DNA from: Nymphaea colorata
Lineage: Eukaryota
Direction of reading: 5' to 3'
NCBI RefSeq assembly: GCF_008831285.2
Contig: NC_045138.2
Location: 17,050,001 to 17,114,000 of the forward strand
Length of the DNA: 64,000 nucleotides
Below, piece by piece: positions 51,956-64,000 of the stretch (its first letter is position 1; every line of letters starts with the position of its first letter). The notes under the pieces are model-generated. The model was not told the origin of the DNA, searched no databases, and saw only the letters and a list, made by a program, of their open reading frames with translations. Made by a program: the position numbers and the translations under genes.

Positions 51956-52532
51956 CAAGGAAAAATCAAATAACACGAAAACACCTTTATAGAGGGATAA
52001 AATGAAAATACTAACAAAAATCACTTTGTATAAAGATTAAGGGGGGCGTTTGAATGCCACTCCAAAACTACTCTTTGAAAGTGTTTGGATGACAAGAAAA
52101 TGCTGTTGGGTTTTCACAAAACAGTGGTTTCACAAAACAGTGTTTTCACCTGAGGATGAAAAAACCCATACCCCCCAGGTTTTTATCAAAAAATCTAGTT
52201 TTACATAATGAAAACCTGGTTTTTACTTGAGCATCCAAACTTGCAAACTAGGTTTTAAAGTGCCTTCTTCTTCAATCTCCAAATTATGAAGTTATCAGAG
52301 ATCAGGTTCAAGTTAGATGTCTCGCACCTTGAGAGCGTTTTCTGACGTAAATAAATAATTGATAAATTAACATAGAGTTCACGGAACCATGAAATAAGTA
52401 TTACATATTATATGCTAACTAAGCATTTTATGATCAATGACATACGCAATTAATTCTTTTATTCTTTGATTAATGGGGAGAAGGGCACCAGTACTCAACC
52501 GTCGTCTACATTATCCCCAATGAAGAACTCTA

Positions 52533-52693
52533 GGGGCCCATTTGGAAAAGGTAACGAATTGTTATTGTTTCCTGATCCTAAAAATTAGTGCAGTTTTACA
52601 GAATATTGTATTAGCTTGTTTCAAGAATCTGCCCGAATCTTTTAAACAAGTTTAGCAGATAGTAACAATTTGTTACCATTGTCAAACAGCTCC
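52533..52693. mobile_element. Tourist-like MITE with long imperfect TIRs
   Basis: GGGGCCCATTTGGAAAAGGTAACGAATTGTTATT pairs with AGTAACAATTTGTTACCATTGTCAAACAGCTCC, followed by TAA. Confidence 0.65.
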
Positions 52694-55600
52694 TAAGAAC
52701 AAATGGCACAACTTGGGTGGGCAGATTCGCTGTAGGCCCTCGTCTTTTGCAGGATTTTGGTATTAGACCAATAATATGAGGGAATTCCAGAGAAGTTTAT
52801 CTCTTTAATTAAATCGTTAGAGCGAAGTATAATTAGTTTAAGAACAATCCCATGGATTTAATAATGATCTTGTTATGCTGTGGGGGCACGTGATGATTTT
52901 GCTTGTCAAATTGCCCACATGAACCGAGCTAATTATTTTACCTTTCTAAAAAAAATGGAGAAAATAAAATTGGTTCATATTCGTTGCCACCACCATCGTC
53001 CCTAGTGGAGCCGACAGTCGCAGGTTCCAGGCGCTCAGGCCCATTTGCCTGATTGGCCCACCATTATCTCTTAAACAAAGATCATGCTCTTTCTTTATGT
53101 GCAAGAGGGAAATATGTTTGTTTAATTTAGTCTGATCTACTGTTTAAGCATCGGATGTTGACATTCAAATTCACACCATAGAGAGTTAGAGATCTTGTTG
53201 TTTAGTTTTAATATGATATCCTAGTTTTTTTCTTTCGTTGGCATACTAATAAATAGCATTGCTGACGTTGAATTCACACACCACAGTGAGGATTTATTTC
53301 TTTACTTCAAATCTAAAACTAATCTCTGATGTTGAGTTGAAATTACACAGCAGGAGAGAGAGAGAGAGGATTGTTTACTTTTGGTATCTAGCGGACTCTT
53401 CTGGCACTTGCTTTTGCGAGTGCTTGCTGTCATGGCAGACTAATCATCACAAAGCTATGTGATTGCAAGATGAAGATGATGATGATCCTGAAAATAGAGA
53501 AACTACCTCCTCCTCCTCCCATTCTCTCTCTCTCTCTCTCTCTCACTCTCTGTTGCCTTGTGGAGGCTGAATTGCAATTGCACTTGCACTTGTCCCAATG
53601 CTTTCTTGCCAACGTTGATGCCATTGCACCTTTGTCAACTGAGCAAGAAAATTTCTAAAAAACAACCAAAGCTTTTGAAAAAGTAAGCCCATGAACTGCA
53701 CCTAATTGTGATCACTAGATAAGTTTATATATATATATATATAATATAACTGCATGACAGATCTTCTTGTCCATTTCGGCCAGTCCTATTTTGATCACCC
53801 GCCAACATCTTGAGATGGAAGGGTACTTGACTCAAATATAAGCCGTTAATCCATTCAAATCAAATTACTAATTTTCAAGAAGATGGCCTTAAACACCTAA
53901 TGAGTATTATATAATGTTTAACATGTCATATTTCTTTTGATACAAAAATCTTTTACATTTTCAACAGAAAAAAGTTAAACAAATGAAAATAATTATACAA
54001 GAAAATTCTCGAAGCTTGCTAATTTTATCCTGTTGGATAAACTCTAAACCATGGGCCAACGACGGCCCCTCATCTCATTTTGGAAGAGGACCATCCAACA
54101 ATAATTTAATGACGATGCAGGTTGAACAATCTCTTGAGACCTGACCGCCGCACAGGAGATGAGGTCACTGCTGTGACATGATGCTTGGTATGAACCATAA
54201 ATATAAAACAATCAAAATCGCTGAGAAGACCAATCTCTGCTAGAATACTGAGTCAGAGTTCAATTCATTCCTTATCTTCAGTTAGATAATCTCAGGTTTT
54301 AAAATCTTTCATCTGGTGCGGCGTCGCTTTCAAAACATGCTAGCTTGACGCTCAGGTTTGAAACTGCAACCAAGGAAGACTTTTTAATTCCTCTTGAACT
54401 TGAGGAAGTAATTTGCCGATCTCAGGCAGAATCAATGCATGGACTTCATCATGGCGATTTGTTTTTAGCAGAGTGGTGGATTTAGTTTAGGCTATTTTGG
54501 CAGGAAAAGGGAAAAACAACTGTTGTTTCAGTGCAATTATGTAGTTAATCATATAATACTCAGGCAACTTCAGAGGTTCATGAAAAGCCAATTTAAGCAT
54601 CAAAACGAATTAACTCTCTCTATTCTGTTTTGAAAAATCTTCAGTCAAATCTCGGGATTCAACGTGGCAAAAATACTACGGAGTTCAGGAACCGAGAGAA
54701 TTGCAGCCACAAGCTCCACTCGACCAAGATATGTAAAGATTAGACCAAAGGTTTCCCCGACATGCTCTGTTGCTGACAGGATTAACACCTTTTGCAGATT
54801 TTCGTTACAGTTCCCGCTAAAGATAAAGGAATTCATCCATTTCTGTTCCTGTGATTAAAAGAACATTCAAGAAAAATAGCAGTTGCAGCTTCCTTCTGCT
54901 CTTCCATATATACAGTTCACCGACCGCCCACAATTTCTGCCCCCCGATTAACGCCTTACCAGTCTCTTCATGGGCACTTTGTGGATGAAGATGGAGGGAC
55001 GCATCTGATGGATGGACTTCAAGTCAGGTTTTTGTCTCTTCTGTTAAGAGGTTGGCTCCTTGATTTTCGCGTCTCCTTTTTTGACTTGAACCAACTTTTT
55101 TTTTTTCCCCACAAAAGAAAACTAAAGAAGAAAACGGAAAGCAGGAAATGGCATCCGAGAAGAATACCATGCGTCTTTACAAAGTAAATTGATCAAGGCC
55201 ACGCTGCTTTTTTATGACCTCAAAGGGAATAAATAACAGAGAAAGCAAGCATCATGACATGGAAAAAAAAATTGAGTGTTGACGGTGAGGAACCTGCAAG
55301 TACTAACTCTCTATAATCAATCCACTAGATTTGTATACAGAACAGGTCCTTGTCTATGTGAATGATGCAACAAAATGACCAACATTAGATTCTTATTTCA
55401 AGGTTTTCTGTCCCACTTGCTACTGGAGTCATTAACTCGAAAGAAACTTACACTACCCTACAATATTAACAGAAATGGGTCAACTATATTTATTACCAAG
55501 GACAAGAACATCTAAGGGCGAAGAGAATTAGACACTGAATAGATCAGGCCTAGTCTTGATGAATATCCTTCTGCAGGAAAGTGCATGCGTTGTGAAAAAC

Positions 55601-56395
55601 ATTATTTTGAGGAAGAAAAGGCAAAGAATTTAATCTTAAAAAATAAAAACAAAGTCCTCTCCAGCTAAATCTGGCAGAGGGACCAAATACAAACGGGTAA
55701 ACAAAATTTCTACAGGATACTCAAAGACAAACTACCAAACGCCAGGAGCTCCGATACAAGCAGGTATCAGAGAGAGAACTAGGTTAACCATTTTGGTTAA
55801 GCACACAATTATAATAAAAAGGACGAACCAAGAATTTAAAATAGATACTGTCAGGAGAAAACGTTTGACATAGGGAAGAAATTGTTGTTTACTGACCTGC
55901 GGAATCACCACCTGATCATAGATACTAAGTTTAGTGCTAGCTGAGTAGCTTTCAGTCCTAGTTTCAGTTTCATTCTTATGAAAGTTGTATTATTTTGCTA
56001 TGAAGCGGTGAAAAGCGTTATATCAAAGAGAGAAAACAAACAGCTCAATGCATTCGATTCAGGAAAGTGTACATTTTTAACTCAACAGATGCTGCCACAA
56101 TGGAAGAACTTACATGTCCTATTGCAGCTTCCCACCAATCTACCCACTAACGCAACAGATACTGCCACCACGGGAGAACTCTTGCATGTTTCCACTCCTA
56201 TTGTAGCTTCCCACCAACCTATCCCACCTATGAAAAGGTTATGAAGCTCCAAAAGTTCTTCAGAAATTTACTTGCCACATCTTCATATGATCAGCTTGAA
56301 CAATGCATATTATTTACAACAAAAAGGTCAAGCATCACCAGTCATGCGCATGAAGGCACTGTCTATGAACCAATCCAACTGGCACCCGCTAAGGA

Positions 56396-58256
56396 CTACG
56401 CATGGGTAGGTTGGGGCAGTAGTCTGGAATGATTGTGTTCCCCTTCATAGGTAACAATAAGCATGGATGGATCTTCCAAGCACCTTTCTACATGCTTTCT
56501 TGCAGGGCATCCTCTCATGCTGCTACATTTATAATAGCCCCTGCACAAACAAAACAAGCCATATATCTCATTTACAGAGTAAATTCTATGTTTCAGGCCA
56601 CGTTACCAAAGATGAGGGTCAAGTAAATAAGACAAATTTGTACAACTTGGGGCTCTGTATTGTTTGCATAACCTAATTGCGTTAGCATGAATCTCAAATG
56701 ACAAAAAGCTAAGCCATATGGACCTCAAACGTGAGCAAGTTCAACTCTCACAATAAGCATTGCCGGATGTTTCAGTCAACAGGATGAAAGGAAAGCAAAT
56801 TCAATTAGCGATCTTGCAGACTCTGAACCATGACAGAGTTCATCTCATTGAATTGCGGGTGTGTGCCAATTATACAAAACACAAACAAGGATAGCTATCT
56901 AACAGATGTTCTGAAGCGAAGGCTCCAAATAGAAGCAAAAAAGCAGCTGAAGATAATTTAATTTTCCAGAAATTAACCATGCAAGAATCGGAAACCAAGC
57001 CATCTCAACATGCAGTGATACTTCAATTGTTCCTTTTTACCCAGGTCCAAAGAACAACGACATCAATAAGTGCGCCTAGAAGAACAAATCAAGGTTCAGC
57101 TATCCATTTGAGATCATGGCAAATCAGCAATCAATCATGGGCTAAAATTCCAGATGGACAAAAGATTGGTCAAGATCCGTGACAGCTATGTACTTCCTCT
57201 CCCTATGTACTTCTATTTTCTCCCGTCACCAGCAATCCAGCTAAGGCACAGAAGATGGATCCAAAGACTAACCGCCAAGACCATCTATAGATTCAATACC
57301 CTTGCCAAATTGCTGACCTAGAAAAAGGCAATCTCGAAAAAGCAACAAACAAGGGAGAAATGGGTACCTTGGATGAGGTGATCCCTTGATTGGTTTCTGC
57401 CCATACTTCCTCCAGGAGTACTCATCAGGTGGAATATCAGCAAGCTTGTTACTTATAGCAGGCACCTTAATGGATCTCTTAATCCTCAACTTCCTGCAAG
57501 CAACCAAAGGAATGAATGTTCCAATCCCTTAACTATCTGTATCAACATCCCACAAAACCAGACACACACACAAAAAAAGTCCAATAGAAATAACAACAGA
57601 AAGATAAATTCCAAAAAAATTTCAGACCTTCTTTTTGAACAGTGACATCTTCCAGTTGTTCCACATTTCCCACCATTACCATCCTCTCCTTTTCCTGAGC
57701 ACTTCCTCTTCTGGTGGTGGCTGATCCTGTCCTGAGAAGAGGAGGGGCCGATTAGGCGAAACGCCTTTCCGTCCATATTGGCCACACTCCCATCCATACT
57801 GAGAGACGACATGAATGACCTGGTTGAGGACATGGTCGGCGTGCAGCTAGAGTTATCAAACTTCAAGTTTATGCTGCTGTTGCTCCTCCTGTACAAGAGA
57901 TCAGCCTGAAGCTTCATCTGCTGAAGGAAATGGAAGTGGGCACTCGGTGACTGTGGATGAGGAGGGCAGTGAGGAAGCTCAGGGTAGGCCTTGGGTGCTG
58001 TCGGGTCCAAGCCCAGCTTGGGATTCTCCATGCATATCTTCTGCCTTGGTGAGGATTGGGTGCTGCCATTTCTGAACCTTGCATGGCCCGCCTTGTGGTT
58101 GAGAAGAGACACCACCCTCCTGAACTTCATGAGGGCCTCCCCGGTTAGGGCCACCACTGTGTTCCTCTCCGAACCCTCTTGAGGTTGAGACAGCGTGCTT
58201 ATCAGCCTGTGGCAGCAGTCAACTGCTGCCTTGTTTGCTTCCTCCACCTCCTCCAT
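56396..58256 (-). CDS. WRKY transcription factor, group IId (WRKY21/39/74-like), 3 coding exons
   Basis: Exons 58256-57628, 57493-57368, 56540-56396. [12 protein letters not shown] start, calmodulin-binding-type [14 protein letters not shown] motif, Zn-cluster [50 protein letters not shown]...TYEGEHNH. Confidence 0.96.
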
Positions 58257-60478
58257 CCTTCCTCCCCACCCAAAAGAAGTTGTCCCAAAAAAATCCAACA
58301 ACCCAAATCTTCAGAACCCTATTTCCAGAAGCATGGTCTAATAAGCATGATGAAGAACAGTCACCAATCAACAAAATTTTTTCATGAATCACAAAACCAC
58401 CATCTTCGTTTGATCCCAAACATTCAAGAGAAACAAAGAGACCCCAAAATCTACGGAGGCCTAATGCAACAAGCCACAAAGGACAGCAATGGCAAGAGCA
58501 GCAGAAAAGCCCCAACCTTTCTTTCTTAAATTCAAGAAGCAGGCACCTCTACGAACGCAACGAATGAACCAGAGGAACCATGAAATCAACGTAGAGATAT
58601 ATAAGTTAGGAATATGAATCCATTATTCCTCCACCAAAGCAAGCAGAAAAGAAGCAAGGAAAGATTTTCTCCGGGCTGGGGCTTTCAAGATATCAAAAGG
58701 AGAAAAAAATTAAGAGGAACCTCCCAAAAAAAACGAAAAATGAGACAGCGAAAAGCAGAGCCCAAGATTCGCAAGTCCAATTCCTACTCGCATAGACGAT
58801 TAAAGGCATAATATTCTAATGGCGGAGCCCAAGACACCATGGTCGACAAAAAAAAAAGAGAGAGAGAGACAGAGAGAGGGAAGAGATAGAAAGAGAAAGA
58901 GACTGACACCTCAAGAAACGAATTGTAACGACAGGAAAATGAAAAAAAAAAAAACTCTTCAAACTAACAATAAACAATAATAATGAGGGAGAGAAAGAGA
59001 GACAGGGAGGAGGAGGACTTGCTGCTAGACAACACCCACCCTTTGACGAACTTGCAGAGGTGGGGCTCTCCCCGTCTTATTATTCCCACTTTTTCAACCG
59101 AGAGAGAACAAACTAAATTAAAATTTGTTTTGTATAAGCAAAAGAAAATAAAATAAAATTTCTTTTACGTAAGCAGAAGAAAAGAGAGAGAGAGAATAAA
59201 AAAATAGAAAGAAGGAGAGGGAGGACAAAGGACAAAGCCAACGAAGAAAAATCGCGGAGACTCACCTTTGAATCTTAACAATCATGAACACAGGTCTTGC
59301 TACTAAGAATTTTTTATAAGCCTGCGGTTTCTTTACGATGTATTGGCCCATGAAAAATTGAATCCATTAGAAGAAAAGCTACGAGTGACCGAACGCTTCT
59401 GGACAATGAAAGAAATACACCCTGAAAGAAATCCACAGATCTACACTTAAATTCTCCCTGCACAAAAGGTGCAAAAGAACATTCTTATGAGTATTACTCT
59501 TCTTTTCAAATTTTTTTACTTGAGTCAAGAAAGCCTTTCAAGAGCATACCACCTCATAAATAAATCCCAAGTAACCCAGTGAACAACTAAATGCATTTGT
59601 GAGCACTACAAAATAAGATCAAATGCAACAAAAAAATGCCAAAAAATAAACTAAAAAAAGGCCTAAATGACAAGGTGACACTTTCATAACACTTTTCCTG
59701 AACTTCAGTTATCGTTATCACATTCAAAGTATCTTCTAAGCCCCTATTGTTCTTTCAACCAAACAACAATGCATATAAAACTAGCTCATTCTCATAAATG
59801 AAAAAAAAAAGGAGCAGTCTAACGGTGTCTCAATCCAACTGACCTTTTCACCAAACTCAAGAAATCAAGCACCAAGACAAAACTTTTATTTAACAATTCT
59901 TTGTGAAAGCATCTCTACGCCATAAAGAACGAGAAAGTTGAGGCACACTTTGAGACAGCGACTACATATCCACAACTTGGCGTACCCTGTGATTAAGTTC
60001 GATTCATTATGAATCGACAAAAAAAGGTATTGCCGTATTGAATTTTTCTGCAAATAATTCAAAATGAAGAGGGGCTTTTGAAAAAGCAGCTGCCCACTCT
60101 CGTTTCACCGGAGTGGGTCAGGTTCGCCACGGAGCCGCGAAAGGAAAAAGCAGGGCAGCCAGCTCTATGGAACTTGTCTCAAATTAATTTGAGCCAGGTT
60201 TAAATATGTACTCGAAATGTTCAATTCTATGAACTTGATTTAAAATAGAATGAGAGAGTAATTAAACAAGTAATAACTAAACGAGTAAAACAAATTAAGC
60301 GGTTAAGAAAATTGAGACAGACTTAACAAAAGCAACGAACTTGTTCTATAAAAAGGTTGGCTCGAGTGAGTTGAAGCTAAGCTCAACCGGACTCACTGTG
60401 CTGCCTTAGGAAGAGAGAGAGACAGTTCGATAGGAGAGAAACTGTAGAAGACAGGGGTCTCCGCTTCCACGATTCGAA

Positions 60479-60619
60479 ACGTGGTCCCCACAACAGGCAG
60501 GCGACGTGGCAGATTTTCAGCCGTTGCGGGCCAGAATCCAAGGCTTTTGTCCAATCATTGCGTGACAAGTTGCGAAGGAAGCTTGCTGAGTAAAACACGT
60601 GGCGGTGACGTGGTTGACC
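60479..60619. promoter_or_regulatory. Cluster of ABRE/G-box-type ACGTGG motifs plus a W-box upstream of the WRKY gene
   Basis: ACGTGG at 60479, GACGTGGC at 60503, ACACGTGGC at 60595, TGACGTGG at 60606, TTGACC at 60614, CCAAT at 60551. Confidence 0.55.
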
Positions 60620-60842
60620 AGGCAAAGAGGTGGAGAGGGCAAGTGGGGCCCACATTTTGGCTTGGGAGTTGGGAAGCCCGAGTCGGCAGCGGTGGGCCCT
60701 CTACCGGTCAAAAGTTCGTTGACTCGCTGTCCATAGAATTTCATTTTGGGGCCTACATTTTGGGTATAATTTCATTACCACGATTCTACCTTCTCAATAT
60801 TTTAAATACATGCAGCAAATGCATTAAGTAACACGTCACAAC

Positions 60843-61435
60843 TAGCTGTGAACAATCAGCTCCACTCATTAAAGTTTGGATCATGAACGAGTTTTAGTTG
60901 AGTAGAGCTCGAGTTTATGAGTCGATTCATCCAAATAATCAAGTTGAGTTCGAATTCAACAAGTAACTATCGAGTTGAGCTCGAGCTTTAATTGATTTTG
61001 TCGAACTTTAATCAAATTGATATATTCAATTAAATTTACAAGTTTGTCAAGTCTTAATCGAGTCCAACTCGAGCTCAATACGTAACGATGAATATCAATT
61101 CTATTCAAATGAGTGTGTCGATCCTTAATCGAGTTGAGCTCGAGCTCAACACGTAACGATGAATATCAATTATATTCAAATGAGTTTGTCGATCCTTAAT
61201 CGAGTTGAGCTCGAACTCAACAAATAACGATGAATGTCAATTCTATTCAAACGATTTTATCCAACTTTAATCGAGTCGAGCTCGAGCTCAACACGTAACT
61301 GCTGAGTCAAGCTCGAGCTGCTTTTGTCAATGTATTTTTGAGCCAAGTTGAGCTTGAGTTGCTTTCATCGAGCTATTCTCGAGCTTGAGCTTGAGCTAAC
61401 TGAACTCAGGTTGACTTGGCTTGTGTTCACACCTA
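60843..61435. mobile_element. Non-autonomous hAT-type element (593 bp) with 8-bp TSD and internal 71-bp tandem repeats
   Basis: TIRs TAGCTGTGAACA / TGTTCACACCTA; perfect TSD GTCACAAC at 60835-60842 and 61436-61443; 71-bp units begin at 61053, 61124, 61195 and 61266; many GAGCTCGAG motifs. Confidence 0.9.
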
Positions 61436-63856
61436 GTCACAACTTAGGTTCCCAATAAGACACTGTGTTAAAACTGAAAATGACAAAAAAAAAAGAAAAC
61501 TTTTGATGGTAAACCAAAAAGTTCAACTTTGATGACAGAAGCCAACGGTCATCGGTCATCGTATAGTTTGAATGAATTCCACAATTGCAAGTGAAATGCT
61601 ATGATAAACAACATTACAATGATAAACGTGAAATTTGTGCCCTTCCTTCTCATATTGCACACCTAACTGGCCTCCTTTTAGATTTGAATCAAAATATCAA
61701 ACACTCGGAAGTTTCACTATTTACAAACGTGCATGCATTTTTCTTTGGATTGAATTCTTCAGCTCTTTATTAGAATTCATGCTTCACCTTACATACATAC
61801 AACGAGAAAATTTTAACATTACGTTTTCTATACTGCTTAGACCTTCGGTATTTTTTTTTTTCACATGATTCTAGAGAGGAATAGACAAGCAGTCTAAATT
61901 TGTTTATATGTCATTGATTTAATTTTAAGAACTCCCAAATAAGATTAAGTATTAACGAATGTGACAGCGGTTTTGTTATTATTGTACAACGTGAATGCAT
62001 TTATATACAATTTTTTATTCCTTCCTTCCATTTTAAAATACGTTTATTGCAAATCTTGATCCCTATTTTATATAAGAGGAAACAATGTTGCCCAGCATGT
62101 GGAGACACATGACGTGAGAAGTCATTCGTCTTTTTTTCTTTTAAATTATTCATCGGTCCGGCCCCGCTTGGAAAATAAATATTAAAAGCTGACTTTTCTA
62201 GAAATTCGTGCAAATATAAAGGGTACTTTTGTCATACGAAAAATATGGAAACCGAGCCTCAAGGCCCGTCAACGTCCTCCAAAATTTTAAAGGTCACCTT
62301 TGCGAAACAAACCATGTTTTAAGTAAAATTTTCCCGAAAGGCACCCTGACCGATTTAGTTTTGCTAAAACGTGCTACAGTATCCCAAGTTGTACGTCGTA
62401 AATAAATTCTCAAGGAAAATAATGTCATCTCGCAGTTTTCATTGAAAATGAAGAGAAATCGTACTCATCTTCTCATGGATGGGAAGGAGAGAAATTACTC
62501 CCAAAGTTTTCTTTAATTTTGGATGCTTAAGGAGCATACTGTACTTGATCAAACTAACTTGATCATACTTGATCAAACTAAAGGTACGTATACAACAGGT
62601 CTTTAGTTTGATTCTCGTAGATGTTATGCTTATGTGTCTTAAGATGATAAGACACGAGATCCAAGTTAAAGGGTGCATCGTTCTATCACTGACACTGGCG
62701 CAATTTAAGACCTCGAAGGCAGGAAGAATGAGGGGCCTTCGAGGTTGCTTCGGGCGATGGAATGATCTTCTCACTCACCCAAATTTCGGATGACAATTTG
62801 TACAGATTGAAAAAAAGATTTCACCGTAGGTTGTATGCTTTCGATGGCATTCAAAAAATGAATAGAAATTGATATCACAATGAAACATCGACATGGGGAT
62901 CGAGTTTCAAAAAAACATTTTGTGTAAATAGTTGTTGAAAATTCGTGAACTTGGTGGATGAAGATATTATTCAATCCATAGTTATAAATAAGAATCTTTA
63001 AGGTCAATGCTTATATTTTGATATAATAGCATAAGCAATATCATTTAAACTAAGCTCGAGTTTTCAGTTAGGGCCCGTTTGATGCAGTAGTGGAAGAATT
63101 TAACATGATAAAATTATCATGGTAATTTTTTTTGAAAAAATTTACATAGTATCTTCCAATCTAAGACCCTGTTTGATGACATGATAGAATTTAACGTGGT
63201 ATAATTAACCATGTTTGTGCAAGTAAAATTAACCATGTTTGATGCATATGGTGTTAGTAGTAGTTGGTTTTTTTTTTTCTTTTCCTCCCCAATTTAACGT
63301 GAAAAGAAAATGAAAAATGATCTTCTAAAACAACAAAATGCTGATGTCAAATTTGAAACCAAAACATCATTTTTAACATTGAAATTAGTAGAATTTGAAT
63401 TCCTAAGTTTACCACGACAACAGTAGGTTCCATCCATTCGACCCAAGATAAAAATGGGTTTGCATTGGTTGCAAAGTTAATTAGTGTGAAGATAACTGAT
63501 TTGGAGATCCTCCTCTCAATAAAACGATTATATAGTTTACTTCAAAACAAGCACTGCCCGTTCAACAGAAGCTATTGAATGCTGGTCTTTTTTATGGATT
63601 CAAGTTTACTTTGCTTTATGACAATGTGAAGCGAGGATTGGCTACTAAATGAGATCAACGAACCAAATGTCTGTGTGCATGTGTGTTGCCTATGCTTGGC
63701 CGATAATTTCTTAGTACCATAGCATTGAAGAATGTACAACTAATTATCAATTAACAAAATTAAATTACACCACATTAGTAATTAAATGTTGTTGGTATTG
63801 AAGGCCTGTGTATGAAAAATAGCAAAGAGGAAAGATCAGTTTTTGATGGTTTGCGT

Positions 63857-64000
63857 CAGTGGCGGAGCCAAAAAATTTTTGCTATGGGGCACTATGAAAA
63901 AAATCTCAAACTAAAATATATGTTATTTTAAAATACATAAAAGTTGAAAAGCATTTTCAAGGACATGAGAGCTTTCTTCCAAAAAAACTAACTTTTCTAT
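63857..64000. mobile_element. Probable left end of a CAGTGGCGGAGC-type MITE, truncated by the window edge
   Basis: CAGTGGCGGAGCCA start; a complementary-type end CTCCGCCACTG occurs elsewhere in the window (~36457-36467). The partner TIR is not in the window. Confidence 0.45.

Noticed and set aside
53571..53592. TGCAATTGCACTTGCACTTG resembling miR530
   Set aside because: About three mismatches to the miRNA as I recall it, and no complementary star arm nearby.
61053..61300. Regularly spaced repeats that might suggest a CRISPR-like array
   Set aside because: Whole 71-bp units repeat with no unique spacers; they lie inside a TIR/TSD-bounded transposon in eukaryotic DNA.

Overview
Nuclear genomic DNA of a flowering plant (AT-rich, GT-AG introns, (GA)n/(TA)n microsatellites, many MITEs); the species cannot be determined from this window. 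By hand-splicing I support seven apparently intact genes: an NRPE7/NRPD7-like Pol IV/V subunit (-), a 13-exon ankyrin+TPR protein (-), a bHLH92-like factor (+), a SANT/Myb-like domain protein (-), an At5g65660-like small membrane protein (-), a TBL-family O-acetyltransferase (+) and a group IId WRKY (-). There are also two pseudogenes (bHLH93/61-like and phloem protein 2-like), a plastid insertion with a decayed trnR-ACG, a Ty3/gypsy integrase relic and several DNA-transposon MITEs. The most interesting observation is the SANT protein at 28196-34384. Its C-terminal half resembles, in motif order and spacing, the C-terminal half of animal Mis18BP1/KNL2, which described plant KNL2 proteins lack, and it carries three ~80-aa repeats, each pairing an RRSPR-type motif with a KEN box. 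Also notable are an inverted duplication of a PP2 gene fragment and a perfect 26-bp intronic hairpin. Comparisons with known proteins are from memory and need database confirmation.
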